This document shows positions 49,383 through 61,436 of a stretch of DNA of 64,000 bases, in pieces (the first letter of the stretch is position 1; each line of letters opens with the position of its first letter). This DNA is from Azolla caroliniana (Eukaryota > Plantae > Polypodiophyta): NCBI GenBank assembly GCA_043228905.1, contig JBHGNT010000005.1, positions 14,694,001 to 14,758,000 on the forward strand, read 5' to 3'. The notes beneath the pieces are model-generated. The model made no database searches. It saw only the letters and a list, made by a program, of their open reading frames with translations, and was not told the origin of the DNA. Made by a program: the position numbers and the translations under genes.

Positions 49383-51713
49383 AGAACACAATTTCAAAAT
49401 TATCTCAAGACTGTGTATACACACTATGCTAAGTAGCACTATTTATACAAGTCCTCTTGGGACTGACAGAAGTACCATGTACTTCAATGCTCACACGAGC
49501 ATCTGACACTTACTACGAGACTATAGCTACCTAGTAGTCTATCCTATATTAGGCTTCCGATTGGACTTCCGGTTACGGATTGCACCCGACCTCCACTGCT
49601 TGCCGGTTCGGTTGCTCACCGGTATACCGATCCGTTTCGCCCGATCCGTCTCGCTTACCGGCTCTGGCTTATTCAACCGATCCAGCTCCGGTTGAGATTG
49701 CCGCTCAACACTCCCCCTCAAGCTCAACCTGAGGTGGGGTCGTAGTGTCGACCTCTGTGGCAGTCGACTCTTCCAACCGACTTCTCCTGGCGTCACTCCG
49801 CCTTGCTCACGCTCCTCGTCCGGTCCGGTCCCATTTGCCGTGACCCCTTTAGTTTTGCGCGCCTCGACCCTCTCGGTCGACATGTCTGCTCAATAGGCCC
49901 ATCTCAACACTCACGTTGTTGTGACTCCGGCGCTTGCCGATCCGTCGGTTCTCCCACGATGGAATCAACTTCTGCTGTGTCCGTGTCCCCTTGGCCTTCA
50001 GTCGATCCGACTCATCCGGATCCATATGTTGATCCGAGTCAGCTGTCTCCGACTCGTTCCAGCTCTTGTCCGAATTGGTACACTCCGATTCGACTTCCGA
50101 CTTCAGGCCTCTCACCACATCGGACCACTTCCGAGTCTTGGCCTTCTCCCTGCTTCCCTCGGCTTCTTCAGCCGGTGAACCGAAATCGAATTCTTAATTC
50201 GACTCCGCATCATTGTCAGTATCGTCGTGATGAACTCCGCACAACATGCACTTCTCTTCCTGAGTGCACAACTCTTCTTCACAGCCGCTTGCTCCGACCT
50301 GTTCGGATGTATCGACTTCCTTCGTCGACTCGGCTTCCTTCATCTTCTTGTCTCCTCTTCTTCTGGCTCTCCTCTTACCGACGGGTTCAACAGTTTTTTG
50401 GCCTTTGCCCGTTTCGGTAGAGACTTTGCCCTTGCTTCTCCCCCTCAAGTGCGGCACGTCGAGATGTTGAATACCAAGCATGTCGGTAAAGTGTTGCAAC
50501 TTGTCCGATCCGAGCGGCTTGGTGAAGATGTCGGCAACTTGCCGATCCGTATGAACATACCGTAGGTCAACTTCACTGCTCAGGACCCGCTCACGCACGA
50601 AGTGGTAGTGCACCTCGATGTGCTTTGTGCGAGCATGGAACACAGGGTTCCTAGCGAGCTGCAGGCTGCTCATGTTATCGCAGTAAATCGGGATCGGGGT
50701 CGGTGCCTCGATCTGCAAGTCTCGCAGAAGTCGCCGAAGCTAGATGGCTTCACAAGTGGCAACGGTAGCGGCCCGGTACTCAGCCTCAGTGCTTGACAAA
50801 GCCACTGTGGGCTGCTTCTTGCTGCTCCACGCAACGGCCGCGCTACCTATGGAGAACATGTATTCGGAAGTGGAGCGGCGATCAGACGCATCGCCGGCCC
50901 AGTCCGCATCTGTGTAACCGACAAGCTCTTCGGGTATACCTCGCCAGTATAGCAGTCCCCGGTCCTTAGTGCCGCTGAAATACCATTGACGGGAACCTAA
51001 CGTTCCTTATGTCCAACGCTCGGCCACAACCGAGATTCTTTACTTACACAGAAAACAGGAAACGGAAAAACACGCGACACAAAAGGAGAGAAGAGGTACA
51101 CAGGAGGTTTACGTGGAAAACCCCAAGCTAGGGGAAAAAACCACGGCAACCCACAGGCTGCAAACTGTCACTATGTATGAATGTACAAAACAGTGAGTTC
51201 ACTGAGGCACCGACCTCGTGCTCACAAATCTTCGCCATAGGCGGCGGTTACAACAGAGGCAACGACCTCGTCTCTCTCTCTCCCTCTCTGTACAGTTACG
51301 CACTCTCTCCTTTTTCTTGCACCAACAAGAAAAATGACAACAACTACAACAGTTACTAAAAGTTTGCCCTAAGTCATATTTATACTAATATGACTTTTCG
51401 GCTATTTACAAATGTAGCCTCGATGGGCTCTCAGAAACATATTTACGAATATGTCTCTTCCTCTGGTTCGTACCGGGGCCTGCACCATCGGGTTCTCCGT
51501 AGCCGGGTACTCCTCATCCGGTTCATACCGGGCCTGCACCATCCGGCTCTCCGTAGCCGGGTACTCCTCATTCGGTCTTCACCGGGTCTGTATCATCCGG
51601 CTCTCCGTAGCCGGGTTCTCCTCATACCGTTTTGGCCTCGGCCGAGTTTGTTCGCCGGCACTGTTCTTCTTCCTTCCCATCCGGAGGGACCTGTCTCCCA
51701 ACAAACTCCCCCT

Positions 51714-54700
51714 TCACTCCGGCATGGGGTGTCTTACCAGTCCGATCCTCTTCCGGCATGCATCCAGCTTGTCGGGTGTCAGCACTTTGGTCAACATATT
51801 TGACCCGCTCTCGGCCGTGTGGATCTTCGTTAGTGCGAACTCCTGGTCATCTACTCTTTCTCGGATCCAGTGATACCTTCGCTGGATATGCTTCGTCGGG
51901 GAATGGTAGGCCGCATTCTTAGCAAGGTGGATGGCACTTTGACTGTCACAGTAGAGTCGGTATTCCTCTTGCCGGATGCCGAGCTCTCCGATGAAGTCCT
52001 TCATCCATAATATTTCCTTGCCGGCTTCCACAGCCGCCATGTACTCCGCCTCCGTGGTTAACAATGCAACCGTCTTCTGCAGCCTCGACTGCCATGAAAC
52101 AGCTCCCCCTGCATATGTCATTACATACCCGGATGTAGACCGGCTGGTATCCACATCAGCCGACATGTCCGAATCGGTGAAACCGTCCAGTTGAGGTTTT
52201 CCGGAGCCGAATCGGAGACACATATTTGAAGTGCCCTTCAAATACCGGAGTATCCATTTGACTGCGTTCCAGTGCTCCTTGCCGGGATTACTCATGAACC
52301 GGCTCACCACTCCGACTGCGTATCCTATATCCGGTCGGGTACACACCATAGCGTACATCAAGCTCCCGACGGCAGAGGCATATGGAATCTTCATCATATC
52401 CGCCTTCTCTGCTTTCGTCTTCGGGCTTTGCTTGCCGGATAGTCTGCAGTTTGCCGGAAGTGTCGATCCGGCCGGTTTCGCTTCTGACATATTGAACCGG
52501 TGAAGCACCTTTGTCACATACTTCTCCTGTGACAGCCATAGTTGCTTCTTTAACCGGTCCTGAATGATGTACATCCCCAACATCTGTCTTGCCGGACCCA
52601 AGTCTTTCATTGAGAAGGTCCGGTTGAGAGCCTTCTTCAGCATCCGTATTTTGACTTAGTCTCGTCCGATGATCAACATGTCATCCACGTACAGGAGGAG
52701 TATCAGGAAGTCCCCTCCTTCAAACTTCTTCACAAACACGCAGTGATCGGCCTGCGTCTTGTGGTACCCTTGATCGGTCATGAAGGAGTCGAACTTCCGG
52801 TACCATTGCTGTGGAGCTTGATTCAGTCCGTACAGACTCTTCTTCAACCGGCATACTAGGTGCTCCTTCCCTTTCTCCACAAATCCTTTCGGTTGCTGCA
52901 TGTAGATCTCCTCTTCGAGGTCGCCGTGAAGGAATGCCGTCTTCACGTCCAGCTGCTCTACCTCGAGGTCCATGCTTGCTGCTATACTCAGCACCGTCCG
53001 GATGGAGGTCATCTTTACTACCGGGGCAAATATCTCATCGAAGTCCACGCCCTTCTTCTGCTGGAACCCCTTGACCACGATCCTGGCTTTGTATCTCGGG
53101 GGGTTGCCGGCATCTCCCGGTTTCAACTTGTACACCCACTTGTTTCGGAGTGCCCGCTTTCCTTTCGGCAACTCCACCAATTCATACGTATGGTTCTCAT
53201 GCAGGGAATCCATCTCATCCTGCATGTCACTTAACCATTTTCTGCTGTGGGTGTCTTCCTTTGCTTCTTCGAAGCTTTCCGGCTCCCCCTCATCGGTTAA
53301 CAAAACATGCTCTGCATCCGGAAATCTCCGGGGCGCCCTTCTCTCTCTGAGAGGATATCTCCGTCTTCGGGCTTCGGTAACCGACTCCTCCATTTGCTCT
53401 TCATCCGAATCCGATTCGGGGTCTGGGCCGGTTCCGGTCTCAGCTTCCTCTACTTCTTCTTCTACCGGTTCGGTATCCTCACCGTAACCGGCTGGTTCCT
53501 CGAGTGCTAACCGGTCTCTTGCCGGTTGGGTCTGCTCATCGTAGAGTCTATCCTTACCGGTCGACTCGGAGTTCATTATCTTCTTCTCCGACTCCCAGTC
53601 GGCGAGCGTCTTGTCCTCCATGAAGATAATATCTCGACTCCGGAATACCTTCTTGTCAACCGGGTCCCACACTCGGTAGCTGAACTCATCGTCACCGTAA
53701 CCGAGGAATATGCATGGCCGGGTCTTTGGATCTAATTTTCCTCTCCAGTCCTTTGCAACATGCACGTACGCGAGACACCCGAACACCCTCAGATGCTGGT
53801 AGGACACTTCCTTACCGGTCCATACTCTCTGTGGCGTGTCTCCGTCCAACGGTACTGAGGGTGATCTGTTTATCACATATGTCGCCGTCGACAGTGCCTC
53901 AGCCCAAAACTTCTTGAGTAGTTTTACATGCGCTAGCGTACTCCGGACCCTCTCCATTATGGTCCGGTTCATCCTCTCGGCCAGTCCGTTTAGTTTCGGC
54001 GTCTTCGGCACGGTAAATTCGAGCCAGATTCCCTTCGAGCGGCAGTACTCCTCGAACTGCCCCCGGTATTCTCCTCCGTTGTCTGCTCGAACCGCCTTCA
54101 GCTTCCGGCCGGTTTCTCTTTCCACTCTCACGTGGAGCTCTTTGAAGACGGATAGCACCTGATCCTTCGTCTTCAGTGGTGTGGCCCACAGCTTCCCGCT
54201 GTGGTCATCTATGAACGTCACGAAGTACTGCGCTCCGGCATGTGACTTCGTGTCTACTTGACACACATCCGTATGCACCAACTCTAGTGGTGCATTACGT
54301 CTCATCGGTGGCCTTGGTCGGAAGGAGGTCCGGTTCTGCTTACCGGCCAGACAATTAGTGCACTTCTCTAAGTGCACGTTCTTCATTGGAATGAGGTTGT
54401 CGTCTGCAAGCCTCTTCATCCCCTTCTCGCTCATATGACACAGCCTCTTGTGCCACAGCTCACCGGCAGTGTCGGATGCCACGTTCACTTCTTCCGGACA
54501 TAACCGGGCATTCATCAAGTACAGTGTGTTTACCTTCTGAGCCCGAGCCACAGTCAGGCTCCCTTTGCTGAACTTCATGACACCGTTCCGGATGCTACCT
54601 GTGTAGCCTTCATCATCTAGCCGATCGGCTGATATCAAGTTCAGATGAACTTCCGGAACGTGTTGGACATCCTTCAGCTGCAACTTGCATCCGGTTGGTG

Positions 54701-55745
54701 TTGACAGCCACACGTCTCCTATGCCGATAATCCGGCATGTACCTTCATTCCCCATCCGGACACAGCCGTGGTCACCAGCTGAGTAGCATGAGAAGCATTT
54801 CCGGTCCGGGGTAAGGTGGAACGATGCTCCGGAGTCTACCACCCAGGTCATCTCGTCGCCGGCAAGGTTTATCTCATACTCCTCGGTGATGAGCATCAAC
54901 TCTTCTTCACTTGCCGCGATTGCCGTCGTTCCCTTCCGGTCTTTACCGTTCCGGTCCGGGGTTTGCTTCGAATCGGTACCGTCGGTTTCCTTGTCTTTAC
55001 GGAAATGCCGACAGTTCTTTTGGAAGTGTCCCGGCTTGCCGCAATAGAAGCAAGTAGGCCTCCCCCTTGACTTTGACCGTGTCCCCGACTTCTCCTGGTT
55101 TTGGGGACTATGGTTTCTATGTCTTCCGCGTTCTGATTCGGTAAGGAGCGCTTTGGAGTCGGAGCTCGTATCTTTATCCTTCCGACGCGCCTCCTCATCT
55201 AGCAAGCTCGACTTTACTCTTCCTAGGGATAACCGTTTTCCTTCCGGCCCGGCGTTGCCCAAAGTGACAACCAACGTCTCCCAGCTATCCGGGAGGGAAC
55301 CGAGTAGGAGTAACGCTAATACCTCATCGGCAAGGGGTACTTCCAATGACGTTGCCTGGTGTATCAGCCCCTGGAAGGCATTCATATGCTCCGCCATGCT
55401 GGAGCCATCTTGGTACCGGAGTCTTACTAGCTTCCGGAATACCGAAACCTGATTAACAACATTTTTGTTTTGAAACATTATGCTGATCTTCTCCCAGAGC
55501 TCATGAGCCTTGCTCTCTTCATTGAAGTTGTTGTACAGGCTCATGTCGATGAAGCACCGTATGTATGCCGTTGTCTTCATGTGCATCACCTCCCATATCG
55601 CGGCATCGATTTTGTTCGGTCTCTTGTCCCCGAACTGAACCGGTAGCCAGAGGTCTTTAACAACGAGCATGTCCCTCATCTTCGACTTCCACACTGAATA
55701 GTTGGAGCCGGTGAGCTTGAACATGCCGCCAAACGATTCGTCCAT
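51714..55745 (-). CDS. Gag-Pol polyprotein of C with a single in-frame TAA at 52656-52658
   Basis: CFYCGKPGHFQKNC, WVVDSGASFH, WHKRLCH, DNGGEY, LDVKTAFLHG, LLYVDDML, YCDSQSAIHLA. ORFs 52656..55805 and 51714..52643 are in the same frame. Confidence 0.92.
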
Positions 55746-56252
55746 TTTTTGTGTCGATTTCGCTCTGATACCACTTGACGGGAACCTAACGTTCCTTATG
55801 TCCAATGCTCGGCCGCAACCGAGATTCTTTACTTACACAGAAAACAGGAAACGGAAAAACACGCGACACAAAAGGAGAGAAGAGGTACACAGGAGGTTTA
55901 CGTGGAAAACCCCAAGCTAGGGGGAAAAACCACGGTAGCCCACAGGTTGCAAACTGTCACTATGTATGAATGTACAAAACAGTGAGTTCACTGAGGCACC
56001 GACCTCGTGCTCACAAATCTTCGCCATAGGCGACGGTTACAACAGAGGCAACGACCTCGTCTCTCTCTCTCCCTCTCTGTACAGTTACGCACTCTCTCCT
56101 TTTTCTTGCACCAACAAGAAAAATGACAACAACTACAACAGTTACTAAAAGTTTGCCCTAAGTCATATTTATACTAATATGACTTTTCGGCTATTTACAA
56201 ATGTAGCCTCGATGGGCTCTCAGAAACATATTTACGAATATGTCTCTTCCTC

Positions 56253-56470
56253 CGGTTCGTACCGGGGCCTGCACCATCGGGTTCTCCGTAGCCGGGTACT
56301 CCTCATCCGGTTCATACTGGGCCTGCACCATCCGGCTCTCCGTAGCCGGGTACTCCTCATCCGGTTCATACCGGGCCTGCACCATCCGGCTCTCCGTAGC
56401 CGGGTACTCCTCATCCGGTCTTCACCGGGTCTGTATCATCCGGCTCTCTGTAGCCGGGTTGTCCTCATAC
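56253..56470. repeat. 54-bp tandem repeat in the LTRs of C (4 units here, 3 units at about 51463-51630)
   Basis: Unit cggttcataccgggcctgcaccatccggctctccgtagccgggtactcctcatc. Confidence 0.85.
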
Positions 56471-59400
56471 CGTTTCGGCCTCGGCCGAGTTTGTTCGCCG
56501 GCACTGTTCTTCTTCCTTCCCATCCGGAGTCCCCGGTCCTTAGTGCCGCTGACATACCGTAATATTCGTTGGGCGCACTGAAGGTGCTCCATGGTCGGCT
56601 TCTGCATGAACTGACTTACCATGCCGACCGGATAGCTGATGTCGGGTCGGGTGATGGTTAAGTAGATCAGGCTTCCGACAACCTGTCGGAACTGTTTCTC
56701 ATTGCAGGCCGGTCCGGAGTTGGGACGGAGCTTCTGGTTCCGGTCCAGGGGTGTGGAGACAGGTCGACAATCCGTCATGCCGAACTTATACAACATATTA
56801 AACACGTAATGTCGTTGTGAGAGCAATATGCCGTCGGGGGTCCGGAGCACTTCGATCCCAAGAAAATAATGGAGGTCCCCCAGGTCCTTCATTTCGAATG
56901 CGTCCGACAACTGGGACTTGATGCGGTTGATTTCGGGAAGACCCGGTCCGGTGATGACTAAATCATCCACATACAAGAGTATACATACCGGACCGTCAGA
57001 GCCTTGCCGGATGAACAACGAAGAGTCCGACTTAGAGACAGCAAACCCCAGCTTACGCAACCGGTGCATGATCTTCGCGTTCCAAGCTCGGGGGGCTTGC
57101 TTCAAGCCGTAAAGCGACTTCTTCAGTCGGCATACCGCCGACTTGTTCATCTCCGATTGAAATCCGGGGGGCTGAGTCATAAAGACTTCTTCTTCAAGCT
57201 CTCCTTGAAGGAAGGCGTTCTTCACATCCATCTGGTGAAGATGCCACCCCCTTGCCGCAACAACCGCCAGTACCACACGAACCGTCGTAATCTTCACCAC
57301 AGGAGCGAAGGTCTCGTCGTAGTCGATTCCGTGGGTTTGCGCGTATGCCTTCGCCACTAACCGGGCTTTGTACCGGTTAACAAAACTGTCGGCGTTGTAC
57401 TTGACCTTGTACACCCACTTGCATCCGATCGATTTACAGTCACGGGGAGGATCAACTAGGTCCCAAGTTTCGTTGGCATCGAGTGCCCGCATTTCTTCGT
57501 CCATAGCGGCACGCCAATTTGCGTCCTTTGCCACTTCTACGTAGCTCTCCGGCTCACGCACTTCTGTCACCTTAGTCATGTACGCATAATGATGCGCCAT
57601 GTATTCATTGTACCCGTACCGCATGACGGGATCCTTCTGGCGGGTTGATCGGCGCAACGCACCGTCACCTGATTTGAGGCCCTTCTTGGCCAGTTCGGTC
57701 TTCGTTGCCGAAGATCCGCCTTTCTCCTTTCCGGAGTCGGATACGCACCGATCCGACTCATCGTTGCCGGTTTCGAATTCCGGCATCTTCCTCTTCCCCT
57801 TCTCTTTGCGCGTGAACCGTTTCCTTGGTTGCTTGCGTGGGGAGAGCACGACAGAGTCTCCACCACTTGTCGTCTCTTCATCCAACTGGTCCAACCGACT
57901 CAGTCGCTCGTTCGGTCCACTCAACCGTAACGATTCTGGACTCTCATCTTGAGTCCCGGCTTCATCATCCTCTGCTAGGGTTGATTCCGGCTCACTGGCC
58001 TGATCTTCCGGCATTGGGTCGGGATCGGAAGTCGGAGTCGGTACGGAGTACCAGGATGCCGATTCATCGAACTCGACATCCCGGCTTACTAGGACTTCCT
58101 TCGTCCGGGGGTTAAAGCACTTATACCCCTTTTGCTCTTGAGTATACCCAACTAAGATGCATTTTTCCGATTTTGCATCCAGCTTTCTCCGCTTCTGATC
58201 CGGCACATGCACATACGCTATGCTGTCGAATATCCGAAGGTGTCTTAAGTTCGGTTTGCGCCCGAAATACAGCTCATGAGTTGACATCTTGTCACCAATG
58301 CGGTTTTGTATGTAGACGGCCGTCCGGACCGTCTCCGCCTAGTAGAACCGGGGCATGCTCTTCTCCTCCAGCATTGCCCTTGCCGCTTCGACGAGTGTCC
58401 GGTTCTTCCTTTCGGCCACACCGTTTTGCTCCGGTGTGTATCTGCAGCTGAACTCTCGCCGAATTCCCTTCTGCTGCAGATAACTAGTGAATTGGCCGGA
58501 AAAATATTCCTTTCCGCCATCCGACCGAAGGCATTTGATCTTCTTCTCTGATTCCCGTTCCACCATCTTCTGAAGGCTCCGGAAACAGTCGAAGACTTCG
58601 CTCTTCCGCTGAATGAGGTAGATCCAAGTATGTCGAGTATAGTCGTCGATGAAGGAGACGAAGTATCGGCTCCCACCAAGGCTTACACTTTGTGCCGGTC
58701 CCCACACATCCGAATGGATGAGATCGAGCTTGTTATGGCTCTAGTTCCGTTCGGTGGGGAATGGAAGCCGGTGTTTCTTCCCAAGTTGGCAGGCTTCACA
58801 AATGTCGGCTCTCCGGCCGCTGAACTTTGGCAAACCGAAAACGACTTGTTTCGTTTGCAGGTCTTGAAGCCTCTGGTAGTTGACGTGGCCTATCCGCTTG
58901 TGCCACAGGTCGATGGCCCACTCGACCTTCTGTCGTTTCGCGAACAGAGCGGTGCCAAAGTCATTGGTGTTGAGGATAAACATCCTCCCGTCTGTGCGCC
59001 CTTGCGCAATGACTTCGCCCTCATCCTCAATGAAGCACCCGAGGTGCGTAAACTGCACCTGCATCCCCTGGTCGACAATCTGACCGACGGACACCAGGTT
59101 CTTCGTGATTGTCGGAACGTGTAATACGTTCATCAGCTTCCCTTTCTGTCTGACGTGGCTTAGAGGGACTTCTCCGACGTGCACGATTGGGTGAGGAGTG
59201 TCGTCTCCGGTTTCGACTATTCCTGGTTGATCCGGTTTCTCCAGAAAGGAGAACCACTCTTTGTGGCTCGTCATGTGGTTTGACGCGCCGGAATCAACAT
59301 ACCACACTTCCTCCATTTTGGAAGTGGTCGTCTTCATTGAGTTTGCCTTGTGATTCATCACCAAGGCTGGCCCCTTACCGGCCTTTCCGGTTCCGGATCC

Positions 59401-60456
59401 TCCTGATCCGTTTGCATAGTGCGAGTTTTGCCGGCCATCCCTACCGGTCTTGCCGGATCCAGATTTGTCCGAATCGGCACGCTTTCTCCAGCACTCGCTT
59501 TCCCTGTGGCCTTTTTTGCCACAGTACCAACATTCCGTAGCGGATTTGTCTGGCCGGCCTCTGGCACCGCCTTGACTCCCCCTGCTTGTGGAAATCCTGG
59601 AACTGCTGTCGGCACGCTCATAGTGCCTCCGTTCTTGCTCTTGCCGGCCGCCTCCATTGCGTGCCGACCCACCTCTTCCACCACGCCCACGGAGCCGATC
59701 CGTTCCCGTGTACAACATTCGGCTATCCGGGGATGCACCGGTAGATGCACCGGCGTGGTTCTCCTCTACAAGGATCATCGACTGTAAGTCGAAGAATGAG
59801 GGGGTATTCTCCCTTGTACACACCGCAGTCCGGAACGCTCCGAACTTGGACGCCAGGCCTCCGAGACATACCTGCACCATCTCGTCTTCCTCTACGGTAA
59901 CATTGATAGAGGCGAGCGAGTCGCAGATCTCCTTTATCCGGCCCGTGTAGTTTGCCATGGACATGTTCTTCTGTCGAATATTGTTCAACTCCTGTCTGAG
60001 TTGTAGCTTCAGGGCAGTGGTGCTTGCGGTGAAAACCTTTTTCAGGTTCCCCCAAGCATCCTTCGGTGTCTTGGCGTCACGGATGTGGTTGAGCAGCTGA
60101 TCGCCGACACTGGACGCGAAGCAGTACATCACCCTGCTTGCCGCCTGTTCCCATACTGGGAAGTCCTTGTGTGTGCTGAGTCGGGTGCCGCATCATTTGC
60201 TACTTCGCATAACTCCATTACCCGTGTCCAAGTAGGTACTGGTGCATCTTGTAAGACCAGGATGCGTAGTTACTCCTGTCGAGCTTCTCCACCGGGAGCG
60301 ATGTAGCCATGCCTCTATCCATGTCTTCTACTGTGTCTGTTTTCGCCCTGTTAGGGTTTTCTTCTCAAGAGTAAATGTCTGTAGCAGAGGTTCTCAACCC
60401 TCGCGCTCTGATACCATGTAAACGTAAGTGTTTGCGGAAGCGTAAAACAGAGAACA

Positions 60457-60515
<59 letters not shown>

Positions 60516-61436
60516 GAGAGAGAGCAGAACACAATTTCAAAATTATCTCAAGACTGTGTATACACACTATGCTAAGTAGCACTATTTATACAAGTCCTCT
60601 TGGGACTGACAGAAGTACCATGTACTTCAATGCTCACACGAGCATCTGACACTTACTACGAGACTATAGCTACCTAGTAGTCTATCCTATACTAGGCTTT
60701 CGATTGGACTTCCGGTTACGAATTGCACCCAGCCTCCACTGCTTGCCGGTTCGGTTGCTCACCGTCATACCGATCCGTTTCGCCCGATCCGTCTCGCTTA
60801 CTGGCTCCGGCTTATTCAGCCGATCCGGCTCCGATTGAGCTTGCCGCTCAACAGGAAGAAATCCTCTGTAAGATGTAGCGTGTAATTTTGGTGCATAGAG
60901 CATTATTCTAATAGAGTATTATCTTCTCTGATTTCTGTGCATATCTTTGGTTGATCTACTGTGTTCTTTGATTCTCTATGGCGTATTGTAATCGTAAGGG
61001 CGTAGGTGTAACTGCGGTTACTAGTGCATTGTCTAAGGAGTTCGGTTGTAGCCGTCTCCCTTATACGCTACTAGGATACGGGGAAGTATCCCATTATGTA
61101 TTACCGTACGACGGTACCATTCTTTGCAACGCAGTCACCTTGAGGTCTAGGTCAAAGGACTGACTGTAGACAGTGTTCCTAATTGGTAACACGTTTGGCA
61201 GGTTTGGTGATCTGTGTCTTCTCACAGACGAACAACGACGAATGGATGTTTAGCCGTAGACGTCCTAGAGAACCAACACGACAAGACCGACCAATCACAA
61301 GGTCCATCACACGCTAGGTAGAGGAACATGCAAGGCAAAAACCTCGCCTCAGTGACACTCAGTGATATCTGTCGGGACCACAAAGTCGATTTCCCGCTCA
61401 CCAAATACCCCGGTGACAAGCAAGAAGTTCGCTCAC

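Larger units (their letters stand above)
50987..56529 (-). mobile_element. Ty1/copia element (C), Tnt1/Tork-like, nearly intact
   Basis: LTRs 50987-51703 and 55776-56529 (the second lacks its outer 17 nt); Met-i PBS 55762-55773; PPT at about 51706-51716. Confidence 0.95.
49304..60853 (-). mobile_element. Full-length Ty1/copia element (B) with stops, interrupted by Copia C
   Basis: LTRs 49304-49710 and 60417-60853 (AG microsatellite length differs); TSD GGAAG; Met-i PBS 60405-60416; PPT 49711-49723. Gag-pol pieces: 58741..60132, 58339..58707, 56422..58287, 50194..50718. Confidence 0.95.
49165..61191 (+). mobile_element. LTR of element D (49165-49303 plus 60859-61191), split just after its TATA box by Copia B
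   Basis: Begins TGTTG where the J integrase text stops; tatataaag lies just before the B insertion; ends GTAACA, followed by a TGGC-type PBS-like motif. Confidence 0.55.

Noticed and set aside
52640-52660. Programmed frameshift or readthrough in the pol of C
   Set aside because: The two ORFs are in frame with a TAA inside RT; a C-to-T nonsense mutation is the simplest explanation.
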